Below, one piece after another: positions 1 to 6,858 of a DNA stretch of 15,195 nt. The notes below the pieces were generated by a model, which saw nothing but the letters and a program-made list of their open reading frames with translations, was not told where the DNA came from and searched no databases. How positions within the stretch are numbered: position 1 is the first letter of the stretch; each line of letters opens with the position of its first letter. Location: assembly GCA_045106415.1 (NCBI GenBank), contig JBGCEP010000003.1, positions 1 to 15,195 on the forward strand. Direction: 5' to 3'. This DNA is from Oligoflexales bacterium. Its GTDB lineage: Bacteria > Bdellovibrionota_B > Oligoflexia > Oligoflexales > Bog-1112. The translations under genes were made by a program, and so were the position numbers.

Positions 1-90
1 ACTGCCAATGAATCTTTATTTGTGCACCGTCTCGTTGCTTGATCCATTATGTGACCTTACTTTTAAGTTTACTAAATTCCCCTATTCTTC

Positions 91-904
91 TATCGAAGGT
101 GGTGTTGAAAAACTAGTCAACGATCATTATATCGGTCGCGTTTCACTATTGAATCAGGAACAGATTGAGATTCTTCAAGATGATCTGGGATCAAAAATAT
201 TTCCGACGACTGATGCCGTCATTGCACATGCCTAAGGACTTTTTGGACTTTCATGCTCTGTTGGAGGCATGACAATGCCTTCTTCACCGAATCGGGTTTT
301 CATACAAGAAACCAAAGGGCCGCCCCGCAAAAGCCGACCCTGATCTTCAAGAAACATTCGTGAGGAAATATCGCGGCCTCAAACCTCATGGACCATGCAT
401 ATTTCGGCGACTCTACCCATCCAACAGTTGGGCAAGTGCTTGCTTCTGGATGGATAAAAAAGGCTCTGACTTCGAAGTGAAAGCGACTCCTTAACGACAA
501 CGGATAAATATCAATGTGGCTATAAACATTGAAATTTTGATGTTATTACCAGGGCATGCACAACCGTAAATCAGATGTTGATTCGGGAACTCATCCGGGC
601 TACTCGTTCGAAAAAATTATTTATCTCGTTTTGAATAATGCCTCTTACAATAAGGAAAAATCACTTAAAGATCTTGCGAAAAAACTTAGGTGGAGATTGT
701 CTATTTGCCACCATATTCACCCAATCTAAATCCCATTGAACGATTATGGAAGCTTTATAAGAAAAAAGTTCTTGCGAATACGTTTCACGAAAACGTGGCT
801 GAATTCCGTTCAGCTACTACAAATTTTTTCGGGGAATTCGAAAATACAACAATGATCTTGCAACACTTTTGACAGACAATTTTGAAATATTAACGACAGT
901 TTAA
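91..904 (+). pseudogene. IS630-family transposase pseudogene (multiple frameshifts and in-frame stops)
   Basis: Joining plus-strand frames by eye gives EGGVEKLVNDHYIGRVSLLNQEQ..., LLHRIGFSYKKPKGRPAKADPDLQETF (winged-HTH/linker), YFGDSTHP (first catalytic D), GWIKKG, RQRININVAIN, IYLVLNNASY (second D, in the LDNA motif, changed to N), VEIVYLPPYSPNLNPIERLWK (catalytic E) and LATLLTDNFEILTTV* (stop 902-904). These are IS630/DDE_3 signatures. Internal stops lie at 233-235 and about 492-494. The left boundary is approximate. Confidence 0.92.
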
Positions 905-931
905 CCGGAAATTTCAAATACAATCAGTATA
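905..931 (+). mobile_element. Probable right terminus of the IS630 element ending at a TA target dinucleotide
   Basis: The sequence after the transposase stop reads ...GGAAATTTCAAATACAATCAGTATA, and tnpB-like codons begin immediately afterwards. IS630 elements duplicate a TA target. The matching left IR is not visible in the window. Confidence 0.6.
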
Positions 932-1168
932 GAAGATAACTCGAATACAAAGCAAAGATAAAAGGGTATCAGGTTGTGATGGCAGATCGTTTCTTTTCTT
1001 CAACAAAGCTGTGCTCGGAGTGTTTAACTCGACATGACATTCAACTATCTCAAAATTTCGGATATGTACGAAATGTTCTTCGCTGCATGATAGAGATATC
1101 AACACTGTTTTAATTTAAAGATGGCTGCGAGCTGCGCGGCGTCCGTTTGTGGAGAAGAAAAAATTTGA
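931..1168 (+). pseudogene. tnpB: TnpB (IS200/IS605 or IS607 family RNA-guided nuclease) C-terminal remnant
   Basis: The frame from 931 reads RR*LEYKAKIKGYQVVMADRFFSSTKLCSECLTRHDIQLSQ. After a frameshift it reads RICTKCSSLHDRDINTV, and after another NLKMAASCAASVCGEEKI*. This matches the TnpB LEYKA helix, the CxxC...CxxC zinc ribbon, the RuvC-III DRDxNAAxN motif and the ACGE-type tail. It is absent from the ORF track. Confidence 0.88.
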
Positions 1169-1212
1169 TTTTAAACCTGCGTAGATAGATTTAAGTAAAT
1201 TCACAACAACGG
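1169..1212 (+). mobile_element. Candidate right end of the tnpB element, IS607-like, ending AACGG
   Basis: GTAGATAGATTTAAGTAAATTCACAACAACGG (1181-1212) contains short TAGAT/TAAAT direct repeats and ends in GG, followed by very AT-rich flank. It resembles IS607-family ends, which carry repeat arrays and cross over at a GG dinucleotide. The match is by recall, not alignment. Confidence 0.5.
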
Positions 1213-1348
1213 TTCTAATATTTTTCTTTACCTCATTGAAAAAAATGTTGAAATAGCGACATATAAAAGATGAATTGTTTCATCAAAAAATATAAAACAC
1301 ATCACTTCATTCATCAAAAAACCTCATGATTACAGATTTCATTCACTG

Positions 1349-1361
1349 CTATCAGTGATAG
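1349..1361. promoter_or_regulatory. Operator-like perfect palindrome CTATCA-G-TGATAG
   Basis: A perfect 6+1+6 inverted repeat about 100 bp upstream of ORF 1459. It overlaps a second IR, TCACTG-N4-CAGTGA (1343-1358), and is followed by TGCAA-A-TTGCA (1367-1377). Function is unproven. Confidence 0.35.
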
Positions 1362-1458
1362 TAATATGCAAATTGCAGCATACTTCAAACGTTAATCAAA
1401 ATAATTATATTGAAATCCAAAGAAATAAAAGTGACAATGCCTCTTATTTCACACTCTC

Positions 1459-2289
1459 ATGAGGCTTTTTATGTTTATCGCTATATTCACTCTTTTTCTT
1501 ACTTTGAGTTCAACTCAGCTTACAGCATCAGAAGCAGATCTACTCTCGGTGTTAGACATTCAAAAAAAATGTATTCAACAATGGTCTGAACATCATAATT
1601 TTCAATTATCTCCAACTTCACAACTACTTGCTCTCCAACTTTTATCCGAAAATATTCTGCACTCAAAAACATCTTCATCATCCTCGGAAATCGGCTTATT
1701 AAGCGATCGCCTTTTTCCTGGCTTCATTTCCTACTTAAATGCTATTGACAATGAATTCTACAGTACTGAAAAACTTGAAAAGCTACACCAAGAGTGGTCT
1801 TCAAAACTCGAAATCATACGCCAAAAACTGTGTCCGTTTGAAATCAAACACCCTTTCAATCAGGCATGTAAATGCGCTCCTTCTTCACATCAAAATGAGT
1901 CAGACCTTCTTTTCTTCATAATCCACCATCAATTATCAACAGTACTCTACCTAGTCAAAAATCTTACTTTTGAGTACTGTTCTGAAATTCATCTTAATCA
2001 CTATCTCCAACATATGCTAGATTGCCCTCATAACAACACTATGCAGAAAGATTTTATTTCAACTCTTTTTGTTCACTCTAAAAAAATGAAAACAGAATGC
2101 TGTGCGCATATTTGCATGCCAAAAACACCTGATTATACTTTGGAGGCATATTCAGATTACCGTTCTTACCCTCTTTTTCAAGTTCAATCTTGGTTAATCC
2201 AACATTCTTGTAAAAAGTCTTTTTGTCGTCACAACTCTAAAATGGCCGCCATGAATAAATGTTATGATTGCTATGAGAAATACAAATAA
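1459..2289 (+). CDS. Hypothetical secreted protein, Cys/His-rich (276 aa)
   Basis: An 831-nt ORF in AT-rich DNA with a Sec-type signal peptide (MRLFMFIAIFTLFLTLSSTQLTA). By hand count it has 13 Cys and 16 His. No family is recognised and there is no clear Shine-Dalgarno. Confidence 0.7.
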   Translation: MRLFMFIAIFTLFLTLSSTQLTASEADLLSVLDIQKKCIQQWSEHHNFQLSPTSQLLALQLLSENILHSKTSSSSSEIGLLSDRLFPGFISYLNAIDNEFYSTEKLEKLHQEWSSKLEIIRQKLCPFEIKHPFNQACKCAPSSHQNESDLLFFIIHHQLSTVLYLVKNLTFEYCSEIHLNHYLQHMLDCPHNNTMQKDFISTLFVHSKKMKTECCAHICMPKTPDYTLEAYSDYRSYPLFQVQSWLIQHSCKKSFCRHNSKMAAMNKCYDCYEKYK

Positions 2290-2322
2290 TTATCTTCTTA
2301 TTTGCATTCAATTATTCTAAAC

Positions 2323-2358
2323 AAACGCATGTGATTAAAAACCACTATTTATGCGTTT
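2323..2358. terminator. Possible bidirectional terminator hairpin between convergent genes
   Basis: AAACGCAT (2323-2330) and ATGCGTTT (2351-2358) form an 8-bp inverted repeat with an imperfect inner stem. It lies in the 120-bp gap between the convergent stops at 2289 and 2410. The loop is long and the stem weak. Confidence 0.3.
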
Positions 2359-2409
2359 AATTTATTTTCTACAAATAACAACATTCATAACATTACAAAA
2401 ATTTAATTC

Positions 2410-3669
2410 TTATTCATCCTTTTTAAATTTACCACTTTCAGTAGAAAATAAAATCGGCAATGATTTCAAACGCAATTCTTCATTCTCTCCATGTTCTAAG
2501 TAGATATCAATATCAATTAGACCTAAAACCTTATCTCGAATAGAGTGCATCCATTTCATGGTTCGAAACGCATCAAACCACACATGGAAATGTTGATTTC
2601 GATTTTTAGAATGATGCTTTATGGCTCTCAGTAAAGCTTGATCTATCTTCATAATTTTATGAATTTCTCGGATATCATCTGAGAAAAAAGAGTCCCAATC
2701 ATCACAAGACTGCTTTTCAATAGCGTTTTCAGCGCACTCTAAAAGAATTTTCAAGAAATAAAAAGTTTGAGGGTGATAAATTTGGTATTTTTGTTGACGT
2801 TCAAAAGTATTGATTAAATTTTGCATTGCAGCGCCAGTCCCAAAAGGCACTCGGTCTGAGATCCTGCTTTCCAATTGAATAGGCTGTACATGGGAGATGG
2901 CAACAACATTCCCAACTTTTTGAAGTTTATTCAAAACATAAAAATCTTCACCAGCTTGTTTTAAAGGATAGCCACGCACCATCGCATAATATTTCCGTGA
3001 AAGCCCTAAACAACTTCCCATTGCTTGCCAAGCATAAGGAGACTTAGCGTAAGAGAGACCTTGTTCCCAAATCTGCAAAAAAAGTTCATACAGATGAATT
3101 GCTTTATCACATTGCCCACGACCTGTTCTTATATGCTCATACGGCCATCTCCACGCCGCAGCTCCTTCTGCCTCAATAGGGTCTATCCAATAATCTTCAG
3201 GCAGAACAGCATCAGCATCTGTTGTACGAATCCAACAAGAAAACTGAGGGAGCAGCAATGCAAAATCACAACTTATTTTTCTCGCTAGACCTACACCTTG
3301 TTTATGAGGAAGTTCTCTACCAGGAGAAGCTCGGTCAATAACAAAAAGGTCATAATTTTTCCAAAAGCACCACAAAACACCGTACGACATCCTTTTTTTT
3401 ACATCAGCACATAAAAATTCAAGTGTTTTTTGGTTATCTTGTTTAATTTCTTCAGAAGCAGTTTCAGTATGGTTCACTACGATAACGACAGCGATCTTCA
3501 GCGCATCTGAGCTTTGCAAAATCGAGTCCAATAAACGCGGTAACAATACAGACTCTCTACACGCTGGGATAGCAACCACTTTATCCCACTTCTCTTTTTG
3601 AATATCTACATCTAAAAATTCACTAAACTCTCCCCACCGAGAAGAGTATTCTGAAATATAAGGTTCCAA
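2410..3669 (-). CDS. GT-A fold / glycosyltransferase family 2-like protein
   Basis: N-terminal VVAIPACRE strand motif, GVGLARKI, DxD motif TTDADA, GEDFY catalytic-base-like motif and SRxSDRVPFGTG. TTG start 3 nt after the yitJ stop. Substrate unknown. Confidence 0.75.
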   Translation of the reverse strand: MEPYISEYSSRWGEFSEFLDVDIQKEKWDKVVAIPACRESVLLPRLLDSILQSSDALKIAVVIVVNHTETASEEIKQDNQKTLEFLCADVKKRMSYGVLWCFWKNYDLFVIDRASPGRELPHKQGVGLARKISCDFALLLPQFSCWIRTTDADAVLPEDYWIDPIEAEGAAAWRWPYEHIRTGRGQCDKAIHLYELFLQIWEQGLSYAKSPYAWQAMGSCLGLSRKYYAMVRGYPLKQAGEDFYVLNKLQKVGNVVAISHVQPIQLESRISDRVPFGTGAAMQNLINTFERQQKYQIYHPQTFYFLKILLECAENAIEKQSCDDWDSFFSDDIREIHKIMKIDQALLRAIKHHSKNRNQHFHVWFDAFRTMKWMHSIRDKVLGLIDIDIYLEHGENEELRLKSLPILFSTESGKFKKDE

Positions 3670-3672
3670 TGA

Positions 3673-5517
3673 CTATGACTTCCCTATGACCTTAAGAGCA
3701 AGGTCAATACGCCCAAACGGTGCAGATACCTGAACTCCTTGAATTGTTTTTTTCATGGCTTCAACCATCTCACAGGCAATGTCAACTCCTTCTTTCCGTG
3801 CACTTTCTGCGTCTTTATAACGCCCCATACGTTCAATAATGGTCTGAGGTATTTCAACCCCAGGCACTTCATTATTCATGAAAGTTGCATTACGGTAACT
3901 GACCAGTGGCCATATCCCTGCAACAATAGGAATGTGTACATTTCTCTTATCAATTTCATCAATAAAGCGGTATAGAGCTTCAGCATCAAAAACAGGCTGA
4001 GTAATAGCCCATTCAGCGCCTGCTTTTACTTTCCACTCAAAACGCTTTAGCTCAAACTCAATATCTCTGTGAACCGGGTTCGCGCCAACCCCAAGCGATA
4101 AAGCACACGGAGAACCTATTGGCTGCCCACCAAGATCACTACCGCCATTTAAACGGTTAGCCATATTCGTTAAACCAATAGCATCAACGTCAAAAACACC
4201 TGTTGCATTAGGGTAAGAACCCATTTTGGGTGGGTCACCAGTCACCAGCAAAAGATTCCTCAGACCCACTGCCTGAGCTCCTAGTAGATCAGACTGCATT
4301 CCAACTAAATTGCGATCGCGACACGTATAGTGTAAAACAGTCTCAATTTCAGCCTGTTGTTCAATCATAACAGCTGTGAGTACCGCACTCATTCTGGCTG
4401 TCGCTCTTGGTCCATCAGGAATATTAATAGCATCAACATCTGCTTTTTTTAAAGCTCGTGAGCTTTCAATGACTTTCGAAGGGTCAATCCCTTGTGGCGG
4501 CAACAACTCGACAGAGCAGACTTGTTCTCCATTAGCAATTTTCCTGGCCCAACGCGATTTTTCAATCGCTGCTATACGACTCACTTCGACCTGCGCTTCA
4601 GGTTCCGAAACCTCATACCTAGGCTCTCTCAAGCTCAATGCTTTTACATGCCTCACTTCTTGGGCCATGGCTTTCACATGAGTAGGTGAAGTTCCACAGC
4701 ATCCACCAACAATAAGGACTCCATTATCAAAGAACTCGTGCGTAAATCTCGCCATATATTCTGGAGTCGCCATATAAATTTGACGACCATCAACAGCTCT
4801 CGGAAGGCCTGCATTCGGACGAACTGCAAAAGGTTTTGTTGTCAATGTTTGAAGTTTTTCTAAACAACTGATCATAGGTTGTGGACCAACAGAACAATTC
4901 AACCCCACAACATCTACAGGCCATTCATCTAATTTTTTAACAAACCACTCACCTGGGGTTCCATATGCAGATCGTCCACCCATATCAATAGTCACATATG
5001 CAATGAGGGGAATATCACTCGAAACATCTCGAGTTGCAAGAACAGCTTGTTGGAGCTCAGATAAATCAGAAAATGTTTCTAAAGCAATAGCATCGACACC
5101 ACCATCCAGCAACGCTTGAACTTGATCTCGGAAAGCTTTGCGAGCCGCTTCAAATGATGTTGGTCCCCAGGGTTCTATCCTCACACCTAATGGCCCTACA
5201 GCCCCAGCAACCCAACTCTCTGCTTTACAAACGTCGCGAGCTAATTCTGCTGCTTTTTTATTAATCTCATACACATGTTCTTGGAGATTATGCTGCTGGA
5301 GTTTAAAAGTATTTGCTCCCCAGCTATTTGTACTTAAAAGCATTGCACCAGCATCGTGATACTCTTGATGTAAGGTTCTGACAAGATTCGGATTATTTAA
5401 ATTCGCATCTTCAAAGCATTTATTAATAAAAATGCCTCTATTATAGAGTTCAGTACCTATCGCCCCATCAGCCAAAATTGCAGATCGAGATTCAATAGTT
5501 TCACGAAGTGAGCGCAT
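3673..5517 (-). CDS. yitJ: Bifunctional homocysteine S-methyltransferase / 5,10-methylenetetrahydrofolate reductase
   Basis: N-terminal HMT domain: DGAIGTEL, LETFSD, Zn ligands in GLNCSVGP and GGCCGT, PNAGLP. C-terminal MTHFR domain: VELLPP, NIPDGPRATARMS, LHYTCRDRN, TGDPPK, ITQPVFD. The 614-aa length fits the YitJ-type fusion. Confidence 0.93.
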   Translation of the reverse strand: MRSLRETIESRSAILADGAIGTELYNRGIFINKCFEDANLNNPNLVRTLHQEYHDAGAMLLSTNSWGANTFKLQQHNLQEHVYEINKKAAELARDVCKAESWVAGAVGPLGVRIEPWGPTSFEAARKAFRDQVQALLDGGVDAIALETFSDLSELQQAVLATRDVSSDIPLIAYVTIDMGGRSAYGTPGEWFVKKLDEWPVDVVGLNCSVGPQPMISCLEKLQTLTTKPFAVRPNAGLPRAVDGRQIYMATPEYMARFTHEFFDNGVLIVGGCCGTSPTHVKAMAQEVRHVKALSLREPRYEVSEPEAQVEVSRIAAIEKSRWARKIANGEQVCSVELLPPQGIDPSKVIESSRALKKADVDAINIPDGPRATARMSAVLTAVMIEQQAEIETVLHYTCRDRNLVGMQSDLLGAQAVGLRNLLLVTGDPPKMGSYPNATGVFDVDAIGLTNMANRLNGGSDLGGQPIGSPCALSLGVGANPVHRDIEFELKRFEWKVKAGAEWAITQPVFDAEALYRFIDEIDKRNVHIPIVAGIWPLVSYRNATFMNNEVPGVEIPQTIIERMGRYKDAESARKEGVDIACEMVEAMKKTIQGVQVSAPFGRIDLALKVIGKS

Positions 5518-5519
5518 TA

Positions 5520-5642
5520 CTACCCTTTCCTCAACGGAGGACTAATCACTTTTCGCCATAGAGCAGCTTGCATTCGAATATCATCCGAAGGCGGTGATTT
5601 CCAAAATAGCAAACGAGATAAAAATTTTTTAAGGACGTCCAC
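5520..5642 (-). CDS. Unannotated small ORF, 40 aa (MDVLKKFLSRLLFWKSPPSDDIRMQAALWRKVISPPLRKG)
   Basis: GTG start at 5642 preceded by GAGGTG. The TAG stop at 5522-5520 lies 2 nt before the yitJ ATG, so the ORF fills most of the gap within a co-directional gene run. Confidence 0.45.
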   Translation of the reverse strand: MDVLKKFLSRLLFWKSPPSDDIRMQAALWRKVISPPLRKG

Positions 5643-5714
5643 TTTACACCTCAGATCTCAAGTTCAATAAACTCAAATCTTTTATCAGATTTTCAGCCAT
5701 CTCAACACTAAAAA

Positions 5715-6269
5715 CTACCAACTTAAGGCAGTCTGACCTGCGCCCTTTTCATTTATAGAATAAATTCTTTGAACTTTATTGTATAGGATTCCCCAAGATT
5801 TATCTTTTTTCATGAGTTGAATTAAAACATTTAGCACAAAACCATAACGCCGCTCTTTCATTGCTAGAACAGCCTGCACATGAGGCATTTTGCTCTGTTC
5901 TGGAAAGGCTCTCTCTTGGTACGCCTCTTCTCTCATCGGAAACTCCCTTTGTTTCAGATACAACGTCATAAATTGTTGGTTCTTTAACAAGTGAAGATCA
6001 CCATTTAAGTTCTCTCCATTAAAAGCAGGGTCCGACACCTTCTCTCTTAAAGAATTCGCTTGCTTATATGCCCAAATTGCTTGTAACTGTTCTTGTTTAA
6101 TATCTTTTACCGCTCCAATATTTTGATTTTGCAATAAATGCTGCATCACCAAATACTCTTGAATACAAATCTCATGTATAAGCCAACTTCCTAACTCCAC
6201 AGCGCACGCCATAGGGGGTTGAAAGAAAAGAAAGCAAATAAAAAATAATTTCGTACCACAACACCGCAC
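5715..6269 (-). CDS. Hypothetical exported protein (about 184 aa)
   Basis: ORF track 5715..6311. The more likely start is the in-frame GTG at 6269, 1 nt after the upstream stop, which gives a hydrophobic signal-like N-terminus (MRCCGTKLFFICFLFFQPPMACA). No family recognised. Confidence 0.6.
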   Translation of the reverse strand: MRCCGTKLFFICFLFFQPPMACAVELGSWLIHEICIQEYLVMQHLLQNQNIGAVKDIKQEQLQAIWAYKQANSLREKVSDPAFNGENLNGDLHLLKNQQFMTLYLKQREFPMREEAYQERAFPEQSKMPHVQAVLAMKERRYGFVLNVLIQLMKKDKSWGILYNKVQRIYSINEKGAGQTALSW

Positions 6270-6270
6270 A

Positions 6271-6858
6271 CTACATCCCATGAGGAAACTCATGCAAATC
6301 AACAGTTGCATTGATCCGCATTGTTTTCATCGATTCTGCATAAGCCTTTAAAACTTGCAAATGATGATCAACTCTTTCTCTCATTCTTTGATCTTCCCCA
6401 TTAGAGTCATTAGGAGTATTCAAAACCTGAGCAACCCCTCTGACAACGAGGTGCTCAGGGATATAACAAATTTTCGTATTTTTATATCCGCTCATTCTCA
6501 ATTCCGAGACAGGGTAAGCTCCTCCGGCCCCAGCTGATATGGATGTAATGAGGGCTGGTTTATGACCCACTTCTTTTGAAGTTGTATAAAGAAATAAATT
6601 TTTCAACTGTGGCGTTACCATGCCCCCCCACTCTGGACACACAACAATATAGCCATCAGCACTCTCAAATTTTGGTTGAATTTTTTTCCAGTGTGCATGC
6701 CCTGCGTGCGGCCCAGACCAGAAGGGGAGATTAGCGGTAGCTAAATCAACTACTTCTGCATCACAACCAAAATGCTGACTTCTCTTTGATAAATACTCTG
6801 AGATTTTTAAACTTTGAGAATTGAGGTGATGACTACCACTCACGATAACTATTTTCAC
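6271..6858 (-). CDS. NADPH-dependent FMN reductase (flavodoxin-like; SsuE/ChrR/Azr family)
   Basis: MKIVIVSGSHHLNSQS FMN-binding loop, ADGYIVVCPEWGGMVTPQLKNLF (PE[Y/W]xx signature) and VGHKPALITSISAGAGG. The start is reassigned to GTG 6858, which has SD AAGGAG and a GTGA overlap with the upstream stop. Confidence 0.9.
   Translation of the reverse strand: MKIVIVSGSHHLNSQSLKISEYLSKRSQHFGCDAEVVDLATANLPFWSGPHAGHAHWKKIQPKFESADGYIVVCPEWGGMVTPQLKNLFLYTTSKEVGHKPALITSISAGAGGAYPVSELRMSGYKNTKICYIPEHLVVRGVAQVLNTPNDSNGEDQRMRERVDHHLQVLKAYAESMKTMRINATVDLHEFPHGM

Noticed and set aside
300..500. Minus-strand 66-aa ORF
   Set aside because: It is the antisense shadow of the IS630 pseudogene and has no motif.
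914..1105. Minus-strand 63-aa ORF
   Set aside because: It is antisense to the tnpB remnant, which explains the sequence far better.
1213..1458. CRISPR or mini-array next to tnpB
   Set aside because: Only two 12-bp A-rich repeats 31 bp apart. There are no repeat-spacer units of CRISPR size and no cas genes.
2080..2289. c-type cytochrome assignment for the Cys/His-rich orphan
   Set aside because: No CxxCH motif is present (CYDCY, CCAHIC and CKKSFCRH do not fit).
3025..5359. Short plus-strand ORFs inside the GT2 and yitJ genes (3025, 3739, 4376, 4492, 5138)
   Set aside because: They are antisense shadows of well-supported long CDSs and have no motifs.
5518..5714. SAM/SAH riboswitch upstream of yitJ
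   Set aside because: No SAM-I, SAM-II or SAH consensus elements are recognisable on the minus strand, and the region is better explained by a small ORF. An Rfam search would be decisive.
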